From: Patescibacteria group bacterium
Lineage (GTDB): Bacteria > Patescibacteriota > Patescibacteriia > UBA9934 > GWF2-40-263
DNA: 56,365 nt
NCBI GenBank assembly: GCA_038065075.1
Contig: JBBTRQ010000023.1
Span: 1-56,365 of the forward strand
Reading direction: 5' to 3'
Shown here: in pieces, positions 17,305-26,212 of the stretch
How the letters are laid out: each line of letters opens with the position of its first letter
Position numbering within the stretch: position 1 is the stretch's first letter
Position numbers and translations under genes: made by a program
Notes under the pieces: generated by a model
Database searches by the model: none
The model's input: only the letters and a program-made list of their open reading frames with translations
Told to the model about the DNA's origin: nothing

Positions 17305-18180
17305 TCACGCCGCTTTCGTCGTCGCTCTCCTTGTGAGAGAGAGCGCGTTCTGAAGAAGCCGGAGGCTCACCTGGAAGTTTTCCATCAGGAGGTTTCCCAC
17401 CTTCCGGAGGTAACTTCCGCGACGTTCCCGTCCGACGACGACTCGTCCGAGGAGCTCGTCGTACCTGTAGTCCAGGTCGAGAAGCTCTTTGTAGTCGCCA
17501 TGAAGCGAGGAAAACTCCGGCTCCGCGAGGAACCGCGAGATGACCTCAGCCTTGCCGTCGTCCGGCAGGACTCCGTGGAGCCACCACAGGAGCCAACGGC
17601 CGATGACGATGTGTCGTCGCAATGGACGGAAGTTTGCCTCCCAATTCCTTTGGAGCCAGGCCTCCAGGTTGTGGTCGCAGCCGAAGTGCCGGCTCATGAA
17701 GATTCCGCCGCGGGCTTGAGTCGAACGCAGATTCGACACGAGCTTCTGCAACATTTCTTCCTGGACTGAGCCGTAAGGAACTTGGAAACAATCTGCCAAC
17801 GGCTTCCCGATGGCGAAGCGCCCCAATTTCCTCGGAAACGTCTGAAGGTACGAGGGGCCGTACATGTGCCGTCCGCAGGCTGCGTCGTTGGCGTTCCAGA
17901 GCCAACTGCTCAGGGGAACGGCGCGCTCGGTGGCCAATCGACCGAACTGACGCTCAAGTGCTTGCGCGCGAGCGAACTTGCTCGGCCGTGCGACAAGGAT
18001 GAGATCCAGGTCGCTGCCCCATTGCAGATCACCGCGAACCAGCGAGCCGACGAATGCGACCCCCTTGAATACCCGCTCTTGGTCGGCCAACTCGAGGATG
18101 TCATGTGCTACTTCCTCGAAGTCCGTCTCCGACGGCACATTGCCCTGGCGAGCGAGTCGCCAGGGGAAGATCATTCCCAT
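17305..18180 (-). CDS. Pol-beta-superfamily nucleotidyltransferase domain protein (GC-rich cassette)
   Basis: GVAFVGSLVRGDLQWGSDLDLILV matches the GS-x9-12-DxD NTase motif. The start is set at ATG 18180, which is preceded by GGGAG. Confidence 0.65.
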   Translation of the reverse strand: MGMIFPWRLARQGNVPSETDFEEVAHDILELADQERVFKGVAFVGSLVRGDLQWGSDLDLILVARPSKFARAQALERQFGRLATERAVPLSSWLWNANDAACGRHMYGPSYLQTFPRKLGRFAIGKPLADCFQVPYGSVQEEMLQKLVSNLRSTQARGGIFMSRHFGCDHNLEAWLQRNWEANFRPLRRHIVIGRWLLWWLHGVLPDDGKAEVISRFLAEPEFSSLHGDYKELLDLDYRYDELLGRVVVGRERRGSYLRKVGNLLMENFQVSLRLLQNALSLTRRATTKAA

Positions 18181-18324
18181 GGCGTTCTCCCAGGACAAAA
18201 GGTTGGATCACGTAGACACCTCCACGGCTGCACGGTACCCTACATGGGCACCAGGAGCATCAGCTCGACACCGCGACTGTACGCAGGTCCTCTCAAAGCG
18301 TCAAGCAAATAATCTGCATTTCCT

Positions 18325-19341
18325 ATGATTAAACTGAGCTTTCAAACCTTTGCCCAATTGTGCGAAATGCTCAAGGGGCTCTACGGCGTTGTGTCCGTAG
18401 CAGACTTGCGATCCATTGGTGGCGGATTCACGACAGAAAACTTTTTGTTCTCCGATGGAGAAGCAACGTATTTTCTCAAACGCTACAACACGACAGACAC
18501 GGCCCGAATTCACGACATCGCTACGGCTTATGAACGATTTTCCCAAGGAGGAATCCCCGTCATCCAGCCCATCAAAAATACACAAGGAGAATCCTGCTTC
18601 TTCCTGGATGAGACCTGGTGGGGCGTATTCCCATTCGTGGATGGAATCACAAAAACTTCCACTGAACTTACCTCGCATGATGTGGCAGAACTGGGAAATA
18701 TGCTTGGAAAAATCCATCAGGTCGGACAGTCATGCCTCCTTCAGGACATTCAGCCGATCCCCCTGTGGAACAAGGACGTCTTCACTTCAGAAAAACGACT
18801 TCTTGAATATACCTACCATCACGAAATACAAAAACGCGAGATCGAGACACTCGCGATAGAAAACCTGACAACGAAGGAACGGTTCCTCTCCTCCCACGCG
18901 GACTTTATCGCCAGCCTACATCCATTGAACAACTGCCTCATCCATGGCGACTTCATCCATAACAACGTGTTCTTCTCCCCGGACGGCCAGATCAAGGCAA
19001 CGTTTGATCTGGACAAGGCCTGCGTCGCTCCGCGTTCCTACGAAGTTGCCCGCTCGATGTTCATCATCTGTTTTGACCATGGCTGGGACGAAACAAACTT
19101 CACCCTGGCTGACACTTTCTTGCGTCACTACCTGGCCATCCACCCAATGAGCTTTGAAGAATTCCAATCCGGGTTGTACACCTACACCGCCAACTTCTCC
19201 CACATGACCTGGGTGGAAAAAAAGGTGATTCTCTACAAGGACCCCAGACGCGATAAACATCTGCGTTCATCCAACATGCGAATCAAGCACTTGGCGGAAG
19301 AGTTCCCCACGCTCGCTGAACGGCTCTTTCCCCACACGTGA
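18325..19341 (+). CDS. APH/choline-kinase-fold phosphotransferase (338 aa)
   Basis: LIHGDFIHNNVFF (HGDxxxxN) and FDLDKA (DxD) motifs. Confidence 0.75.
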   Translation: MIKLSFQTFAQLCEMLKGLYGVVSVADLRSIGGGFTTENFLFSDGEATYFLKRYNTTDTARIHDIATAYERFSQGGIPVIQPIKNTQGESCFFLDETWWGVFPFVDGITKTSTELTSHDVAELGNMLGKIHQVGQSCLLQDIQPIPLWNKDVFTSEKRLLEYTYHHEIQKREIETLAIENLTTKERFLSSHADFIASLHPLNNCLIHGDFIHNNVFFSPDGQIKATFDLDKACVAPRSYEVARSMFIICFDHGWDETNFTLADTFLRHYLAIHPMSFEEFQSGLYTYTANFSHMTWVEKKVILYKDPRRDKHLRSSNMRIKHLAEEFPTLAERLFPHT

Positions 19342-20552
19342 CCTGTATGCTCAAATCCCTCACCAAGTTTCAAAAACGCCTGCTCGCTTCTTTTTTTCTT
19401 TTTGGCCTGGCGGCTCCCATGGTGGTCGTGTATGCCAACACCTTTCTGTGGCGGCAGTCGGCGGACGTGGTGGTGCTCGCCATTTTCAACATCGGTAACT
19501 ACGCAGGCATCTCGCTGGGATTTCTCTTCAACGCGTACCTCCTGCGATTTTTCGAAAGTGGGAAGCTCTACGCACTGGGGTGTCTGCTCCAAGGCGTTGT
19601 CCCGATCCTCATGGTCGCCATGGGCGCGCAGGCAGACACCTACGCGTTGGGACTGGGTTTCATTTTGGGAATCGCCCAAGGATTTTTCTGGGGCAACCGC
19701 AACGCGCTCACGAGCAAGTTCACGCAAGGTCCACAGCGGTATCAGTTCATCAGTGTGGAGACAGCGATAGGAATTCTCGCGGGCGTGATCTCCCCTCTCT
19801 TGATCGGCTGGTTCATCGCTTTTGGAGAAACGCTCCCAACCTACACCGTCGACCAGGCCTACCAGATCACGTCCGTCATCGGATTTGTCTTGCTCCTTAT
19901 CTCAGGATTCCTTGCATGGCCGTTTGCGATGGAGCCGTTCACCCCCAAACACTTCTTTCTCACAAAAGCCAGCTCGCTTTGGAACAAGCAACGACTCGTC
20001 GAGGGCGTAAACGGCATCGCCAGCGGAATCGAAAGTGTACTCCCGCTGGTGATCATCCTGTTGTTCCTCGGCCAAGAGGAGGCTGTCGGGTCGGTCAAAG
20101 CCATGACCGCCATTCTCTCCGCCGTCGCGATCTACGCGATCGGCAAGCGCGTGCGTCACAACCATCACGCGCTCCTGTTCAGTCTTTGGATTCTCCTGAA
20201 CCTGACCGGCGGAATCATCTTCGCGATTTTTTACTCCCCGGGTGCCGCGCTGACCCTCTTTATTTTGGGCGGACTCGTTGGCTCCTTGCGTTGGTCCTCA
20301 TTCGCCGCGGTCATGTACGAGATCGTCGACAAAGAAACGGGGCGCGAAGGCTCGCATCGTTTCCTTTATCTGCTTGACCGTGAGTTCTTCCTCAACGCAG
20401 GTCGAGTCCTGGGTCTGGGACTGCTTGTCCTGGTGTACTGGTACAGTCCTGAGGCCCTCATACGATTCGGCCCCATTGGCATCGCCCTCGTTCAAATTCC
20501 GACACTCCTCCTCTTGCACAATCTCACCAAAAACATTAGCCATTCCGCCTAA
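19338..20552 (+). CDS. MFS-like 12-TM transporter (404 aa)
   Basis: About 12 hydrophobic segments. The start overlaps the APH stop by 4 nt. Confidence 0.55.
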   Translation: MTCMLKSLTKFQKRLLASFFLFGLAAPMVVVYANTFLWRQSADVVVLAIFNIGNYAGISLGFLFNAYLLRFFESGKLYALGCLLQGVVPILMVAMGAQADTYALGLGFILGIAQGFFWGNRNALTSKFTQGPQRYQFISVETAIGILAGVISPLLIGWFIAFGETLPTYTVDQAYQITSVIGFVLLLISGFLAWPFAMEPFTPKHFFLTKASSLWNKQRLVEGVNGIASGIESVLPLVIILLFLGQEEAVGSVKAMTAILSAVAIYAIGKRVRHNHHALLFSLWILLNLTGGIIFAIFYSPGAALTLFILGGLVGSLRWSSFAAVMYEIVDKETGREGSHRFLYLLDREFFLNAGRVLGLGLLVLVYWYSPEALIRFGPIGIALVQIPTLLLLHNLTKNISHSA

Positions 20553-20627
20553 AAACAAGAGAACAGGGTTGACAAAACCCTGTTTTTTTGATATTTTTGA
20601 GCCGCAACCTGAAACCTGGAGACTCTG

Positions 20628-21074
20628 ATGAAGTTCGAAAAGCTGCTGCTCTCCCTCCTCGTTTCTCTCATCCTGCTCATGTCCACCGGACTCGTCTCCC
20701 GTGGCATCGCCAAGGTCGAGCGGCGCGTCGAGGTGTTTCCGATCATCTCGGAGAGCACCGTCACGCTGATGGAGAAGCTCGGGGCGTCCAAGGACGACTT
20801 CGGTCGCGCCTGCGACTGCTACAAGAAGGGCGCCCTGGCGACGGCGTACGACGGAACCTCCTGCGAAGGGATCGCGAACGAAGCGGCCCTCACGCAGGCA
20901 ACCGAACGCCGCATGCAGGCTTCCGCCGAACTCGACCCGAGCCTCCTCATGGCCTGGGTGCTCGGGGTCGTCGACAAGACCCACTCCACCTGGCAGTGCT
21001 CCGGCACGGCCTACGAGTCGGTCTTCGACTTCAACATGAGCCTCTCGCCCACGTACGACCTCCCGGCCTCCTAG
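20628..21074 (+). CDS. small secreted protein (148 aa), GC-rich cassette
   Basis: Signal-like N-terminus MKFEKLLLSLLVSLILLMSTGLVSRGIA. GGAG lies 6 nt before the ATG. Confidence 0.55.
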   Translation: MKFEKLLLSLLVSLILLMSTGLVSRGIAKVERRVEVFPIISESTVTLMEKLGASKDDFGRACDCYKKGALATAYDGTSCEGIANEAALTQATERRMQASAELDPSLLMAWVLGVVDKTHSTWQCSGTAYESVFDFNMSLSPTYDLPAS

Positions 21075-21167
21075 GAGGCCCCACTCTCCTCGCACCCTGC
21101 GAGGCAAGGACGCCCCGCGCCTGCCTCGTAGGTGCGTCTTTGTTTTAGGATCTCCTTGGCGCGCGAA

Positions 21168-22799
21168 CTACCCCATCTGCTCCAACGCTTTCAAAACCGC
21201 TACGGCGTCCTTGGGGCGATTTTCTTGATCTTTTTCAATCATCGAGCGAAGCAGCGCCGCCATTTTGCGTCCACGCTCTCCCCCGCCAAGCTCCGTCACC
21301 ACGTCCTCGCGCTCAAAGAAGCCACTGTTGGCAAGCAGGACATGCCCCTGCATCGCCGATAGATTGCGTCCATATCGTCGCTCAACCGCAACCGCAAGCA
21401 GCTCTCCAACGGAAATGCCCAAGGCATACACGTCCGAGGCAGTGGTTGGGCGTCCTTTCCGAGCATCAAAGTCAAGAAAAAAAACCGTGCCGACAATGTG
21501 TGGCGCTTGTTCTCGAGCCTTCATCGTCTCACGTTCTACCGGAAACTTGGCCATGGGCGGGAGCTTCTTCACAAGCCTGTCCACGCGCTCATCCAAGGCA
21601 ACGCCCATCCGCTCCTCCCCGCTCTCAACGCGATCCAAAAGCGCCGCAAGCTCCAGCCAGGCCTCCTCCGCTTTCGGAGCGAACTGATTGATGTATGACA
21701 ATTCAAGCAGCTGTTCGCGCAACGTGTGTACCGCGACAGAGAGCTCTCCGCGCATGAGAAGCTGATGATAATCCCAGTCCATCGCAATGCCCATGTCCGT
21801 CAGTTTTGCTTCAACCAAACCCAGTTGAGGAAACGAAACCATGATATTGCTAGGCTTCACATCGCGGTGCAGAATGCGCACTTCATGGAACGCGGAAAGC
21901 GCCTGCGCGATTTGGCGTGTGAGGTTCACATAGGTGTCGGGCGTAACCGATTCATACGTGGCATCTGTGTGAATCGCCTCATCCAAATTCTCTCCTTGCA
22001 CCCGCTCCATGGCTATGGCGATGTACTCTTCCTCCTTGCGCTCCTGCGACGTGACCAGAACGCGCGTCGCGCCCAAAAAGCCGGGGATGCGGTCGGTCGT
22101 GCGTGCCTCGCGAGAATGTGTCCGCGCCAGACGCAACGCGTTCAACAGTCCGGCATCGGCATCGGGCAAGGGATTGAACATCGCCATCGCGCTGATCTCT
22201 CGCGCGGCGTATGACAATGTCTGATTCTTGGACGTCTGACCGAGCACGGGAATAAACTTGATCACATAGGGTCCGGCTTCGACAACCGTGCCCATTCCGC
22301 CCTTGCCCAACAGCTCACCGACTTCCAGTCGTTTACCGGCAATGAACAGACTCTTGGGAAACACGTGCTCTGTTTGATATCTGCGCCTCTCATCGTCTCT
22401 GTTCACAATAATGCGCACCACTGTCTCATGGGTCGTGTGACGCTCAAGGCTGTCCAGCGCGATCTCTCCCAGCAACAAATCTCGCGCCGCATCCTCGCGA
22501 CGCGGTGCCATGTACGGCGTTTCAGGCGATGTCTCGTGGATGGAGGCGAACGCGCGGTGCAAGTCGCTACGCCTTTGTGCGCGCTCAAAGGCCGACACGT
22601 GCCGCGCTTCCTCGTCGATATCGGGTTCGCCGGTCGTGTCCGGCGGCCGCCATTGGCGGGTCGCCCCGGGTCGTTCTTTCCGACCCCAGGGAATGAATCG
22701 CTCAAGCATATACTGATAGCGTACTAGATCATGCCGCAATAATAAAGGAACGAAACCTCTCTCAAAAGGAGTCCCCGTAGAGATTCCTTTATTGACCAT
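21168..22799 (-). CDS. Ser/Thr protein kinase (Hanks type) with long N-terminal region
   Basis: G-loop GKGGMGTVVEA, VIKFI, HRDVKPSNIMV, DMGIA, and SDVYALGISVGELL after a large activation-segment insertion. Confidence 0.8.
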   Translation of the reverse strand: MVNKGISTGTPFERGFVPLLLRHDLVRYQYMLERFIPWGRKERPGATRQWRPPDTTGEPDIDEEARHVSAFERAQRRSDLHRAFASIHETSPETPYMAPRREDAARDLLLGEIALDSLERHTTHETVVRIIVNRDDERRRYQTEHVFPKSLFIAGKRLEVGELLGKGGMGTVVEAGPYVIKFIPVLGQTSKNQTLSYAAREISAMAMFNPLPDADAGLLNALRLARTHSREARTTDRIPGFLGATRVLVTSQERKEEEYIAIAMERVQGENLDEAIHTDATYESVTPDTYVNLTRQIAQALSAFHEVRILHRDVKPSNIMVSFPQLGLVEAKLTDMGIAMDWDYHQLLMRGELSVAVHTLREQLLELSYINQFAPKAEEAWLELAALLDRVESGEERMGVALDERVDRLVKKLPPMAKFPVERETMKAREQAPHIVGTVFFLDFDARKGRPTTASDVYALGISVGELLAVAVERRYGRNLSAMQGHVLLANSGFFEREDVVTELGGGERGRKMAALLRSMIEKDQENRPKDAVAVLKALEQMG

Positions 22800-22829
22800 C
22801 GTCTTACGTTTCTATATATTGTAAGACGT

Positions 22830-23081
22830 ATGGGAAAAACAACCGTCTCCACAAAATACCAAATCGTCATTCCCAAAGACGTACGAAAAAAACTCGACAT
22901 CTCACCCGGAATGGAGCTTGACATTGAGGTCGTCGACGGCGATCGAGCCGTAGTGCACACCAAAGACGTCAGCTCGGTACAGGCATTGAAAGGACTGGGG
23001 AAAGAGACCTGGAAAACACTCGGTGGTGGTGACCACTACCTCAAACAAGAACGAAACACATGGGACGCCTCATCGGGCTAG
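22830..23081 (+). CDS. AbrB/SpoVT-type antitoxin (VapB-like)
   Basis: MGKTTVSTKYQIVIPKDVRKKLDISPGMELDIEVV. Confidence 0.75.
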   Translation: MGKTTVSTKYQIVIPKDVRKKLDISPGMELDIEVVDGDRAVVHTKDVSSVQALKGLGKETWKTLGGGDHYLKQERNTWDASSG

Positions 23082-23311
23082 ACACATCGGTACTGATTTA
23101 TCTCCTCGAAGAACACCCTCGGTACATGAAGCAGACACAAAAACTGCTCACACGAATCGAGCGCGGTTCTGCACGAGGAATTTTTTCAATTGTTGGAATG
23201 ATCGAGCTATTGACAGGAGTTAAGCGTCAAGGACGGCGAGATCTGGCACAAGACTACAAAATCCTCCTCTCTCGCTTTCCAAACCTCGATTCCAATTCAC
23301 AGCCCCTTTAG
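23060..23311 (+). pseudogene. PIN-domain (VapC-like) toxin, apparently C-terminally truncated (83 aa)
   Basis: LIGLDTSVLIYLLEE is a PIN N-terminus. The ORF stops after ~83 aa, where two GC hairpins (GCCCCTTTAGGGGC, GGGGCTAAAGCCCC) begin; typical PIN toxins are ~130 aa. Confidence 0.5.
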
Positions 23312-23352
23312 GGGCGTCCGTATGAGACGGGGCTAAAGCCCCTATGAATATT

Positions 23353-25194
23353 TTATGATTTGTTTTGTTCTCGCTTGCGCTTCACCGAATCCAGAATCGC
23401 TTTGCGGATGCGGAGGTTCTTTGGTGTGACTTCCAGAAGTTCGTCGTCGCCCAGAAACTCGAGGTTCAATTCCAGCGTCATGTCACGAGGCGGTTCAAGG
23501 GCAATACTCGCCCCATCCCCTTTGGATCGCATGTTGGACAACTTCTTTTCTTTGCACGGATTGACCTCCATGTCCTCTTGGCGAGAATTTTCTCCAATGA
23601 CCATGCCCACATACACCTCTGTACTTGGACCCACAAACAAACTTCCGCGCTCCTGCAGGTTGGCGAGCGAATATCCCATGGTGATTCCATTCTCCATGGA
23701 AATCATCGCCCCGTGACCCGTGGCGGTGATGTCGCCTGCCTTTTCGCGGTAACCAAGCAAAAGCGTGTTGAGAATGCCCTGCCCCTTGGTGTCGGTCAAA
23801 AATTCACTGCGGTAGCCGATGAGTCCGCGGGTTGGAATTTCAAATTCGATGTACGCCGTTCCCTGGCCTGAGCTTGTCGAAGGCTCAACAAGCATGTCTT
23901 TCATTTCTCCGCGGCGCTTGCCCATTTTTTCAATGACGGTTCCTGTAAACGCTTCCGGACACTCAATCGACACGGCCTCGTATGGCTCCATGGTCACGCC
24001 GTCCACTTCTTTGAAGATCACCTGAGGACGCGAGACCTGCAGTTCGTATCCTTCGCGTCGCATCTTCTCGATGAGGATTGCCAGGTGCAACTCGCCACGA
24101 CCGGAAACGACAAACTGGCTGTCGCCCTCGCCTTTCTCAATCTTGAGTGCGACATCGTTCAAGAGTTCCTTTTCAAGTCGCTCTTTCAAGTGTCGTGCAG
24201 TCGAAAATTCTCCTTCGTTCCCAGCAAACGGAGAGGTGTTGGCGCCAAACGTCATCTTCACGGTCGGCTCCTCGATGTGGAGAACCGGCAATGCCTTGCC
24301 TTCGACAGGGTCGACGAGCGATTCTCCAATCTGCACGTTCTCAATCCCCGCGAGAACCACGATCTCTCCTGCCTGCGCTTGTGGAACATCCGTGCGACCG
24401 AGTCCATCGTAAATCTGCAGAGCCGTGATGCGGGCCATCTTTTCTTTTCCCTCGCGGTCGATGTGCTTGATCTGCGCGCCTTGTTTGACAATTCCATTCA
24501 CGACACGGCCCACCGCAATGCGTCCTTTGTAGTTATCGTAAAAAATGTTCACGACCGGGATCTGGAGTGGCTGATCTTTATCGCCTGTCGGCCCGGAGAT
24601 GTGATCGACCACGGAATCAAGAACGGGGGCGATGCCTGTCATCTTGGTGATGTCAGGCTCAAGTCCTGCCACGCCGTTGATGGCACTCGCGTACAACACA
24701 GGGAAATGTGCCTGCTCGTCGGTCGCTCCAAGATCGATAAACAAATCAAACGTCTTGTCCAAGACCCACGCTGGGCGCGCGTCCTTCTTGTCGATCTTGT
24801 TGATGACGAGGATCACGCGGTGGCCGGCCTCCAGCGCATTCTTCAAAACGAACTTCGTCTGCGGCATGGGTCCCTCTTTTGCGTCCACCAAGAGCAAGCA
24901 GCCGTCCACCAGATTCATGATGCGTTCCACTTCTCCGCCGAAGTCGGCGTGGCCAGGAGTATCGACGATGTTGATCTTGCGTCCTTTCCAGTCGATGGCG
25001 GCGTTCTTGGCAAAAATGGTAATGCCGCGCTCACGCTCGAGCTCATTGGAATCCATGATCGTCGTACCCATGGCACTCGCGTCGCGAAAAGTATTACTTT
25101 GCTTCAAAAGCGCATCGACCAGGGTGGTCTTCCCATGGTCGACGTGCGCGATGATCGCGATGTTTCGAATGTCGTCTCGTGTCGTTTGTGTCAT
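23353..25194 (-). CDS. typA: translational GTPase TypA/BipA
   Basis: IRNIAIIAHVDHGKTTLVDALL, DTPGHADFGGEV, NKIDK. The start is set at MTQTTRDD (ATG 25194). Confidence 0.93.
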   Translation of the reverse strand: MTQTTRDDIRNIAIIAHVDHGKTTLVDALLKQSNTFRDASAMGTTIMDSNELERERGITIFAKNAAIDWKGRKINIVDTPGHADFGGEVERIMNLVDGCLLLVDAKEGPMPQTKFVLKNALEAGHRVILVINKIDKKDARPAWVLDKTFDLFIDLGATDEQAHFPVLYASAINGVAGLEPDITKMTGIAPVLDSVVDHISGPTGDKDQPLQIPVVNIFYDNYKGRIAVGRVVNGIVKQGAQIKHIDREGKEKMARITALQIYDGLGRTDVPQAQAGEIVVLAGIENVQIGESLVDPVEGKALPVLHIEEPTVKMTFGANTSPFAGNEGEFSTARHLKERLEKELLNDVALKIEKGEGDSQFVVSGRGELHLAILIEKMRREGYELQVSRPQVIFKEVDGVTMEPYEAVSIECPEAFTGTVIEKMGKRRGEMKDMLVEPSTSSGQGTAYIEFEIPTRGLIGYRSEFLTDTKGQGILNTLLLGYREKAGDITATGHGAMISMENGITMGYSLANLQERGSLFVGPSTEVYVGMVIGENSRQEDMEVNPCKEKKLSNMRSKGDGASIALEPPRDMTLELNLEFLGDDELLEVTPKNLRIRKAILDSVKRKREQNKS

Positions 25195-25305
25195 AGTTCG
25201 ACCATTCAATACTTCATGGTCGCCCTGAGTTAGATCGAAGGGCGACAGGCTCACTACCTGTAACGGCGGAAGGATACAAAAAAACAGCGGATCAGTCAAT
25301 GCACG

Positions 25306-25695
25306 CTAGAATGATACGACTCGCTCCCAACTGCTCACCTGCGGCGGTTCGTCTGCCGTCAGTCCTATGTGAAGGCGGTAATAGCGATCCTGCACGTTCG
25401 CTTCCACATCGATAAATTGACCTGAAATCGGAAGGATCGTGCAGGTTTCCCCCTGGATCGTAATGGTTTCATTTCCCGCATACTGGGTGTCGATCGAGCG
25501 CTTGAGCAGAGCCTCCTGCGCGCACCCCTGGGCAAGCGCTTTTGCTTGCAACTGGTGGTTCAAATCAAGAGCCGTAAAGGAACTGTCCTGGACTCGGCGC
25601 GCGCTCACCGTCGCCAACATCACCAACACCGTGGCGATCACAACCACGCTCACAAGCAATGCATATCCTTTCTGGTTGTGTTTCACGCTACTCAT
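25306..25695 (-). CDS. pilus-operon protein with pilin-like N-terminal helix (129 aa)
   Basis: MSSVKHNQKGYALLVSVVVIATVLVMLATV; located in the pilus operon. The start is set at ATG 25695. Confidence 0.5.
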   Translation of the reverse strand: MSSVKHNQKGYALLVSVVVIATVLVMLATVSARRVQDSSFTALDLNHQLQAKALAQGCAQEALLKRSIDTQYAGNETITIQGETCTILPISGQFIDVEANVQDRYYRLHIGLTADEPPQVSSWERVVSF

Positions 25696-25711
25696 AGTTC
25701 GATGGAACTCA

Positions 25712-26212
25712 CTACTGGTAGAACGAAGAAAAACTGTACACGTTTGTATATTCAATAGTCCGCCCAATAGAGGTATCCACTTCGTAAGAAATCTCAACAC
25801 GAACCGTATCTGCATTTCCGGAAAGACGCGTGACGTCAAAACGCGTCACGCGGATCCCTAACGAGTTGAGCGTCCCTGTTTCCAGAAGACTCGTGGAATA
25901 GACAAGATCCGTCCCCGAACGCTCCACCGTCACCGATCCTCCCTCGAGTGTTGAGAAGATCAGTTGTTGGGTGGTCCCCGTCGCCGGAACTTGAATGGAG
26001 GGAGACGACGTGAGCCATGACTCGAGTGTCGCGAGAACGAATTCATCTACGTACACGACGCGCTGTTGGGCATCCACCAACGTACGAGAACGTAATCCTG
26101 AAAAATAAATCGAACTCACCGAAAGCAGGAGGATGGAACCCACCGCCGTGAAAATGAGAATCTCGACAAGCGTCGTCCCCTTATGGGGTTGGTTGGATGA
26201 CTTGAAACGCAT
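25712..26212 (-). CDS. minor (pseudo)pilin with prepilin-type N-terminal motif
   Basis: KG|TTLVEILIFTAVGSILLL. Confidence 0.7.
   Translation of the reverse strand: MRFKSSNQPHKGTTLVEILIFTAVGSILLLSVSSIYFSGLRSRTLVDAQQRVVYVDEFVLATLESWLTSSPSIQVPATGTTQQLIFSTLEGGSVTVERSGTDLVYSTSLLETGTLNSLGIRVTRFDVTRLSGNADTVRVEISYEVDTSIGRTIEYTNVYSFSSFYQ

Noticed and set aside
20553-21167. Direct repeats flanking the GC-rich unit 20628-21074
   Set aside because: Only about 60% similarity between TGTTTTTTTGATATTTTTGAGCCGCAAC and TCTTTGTTTTAGGATCTCCTTGGCGCGCGAAC. This cannot be distinguished from generic terminator tails.
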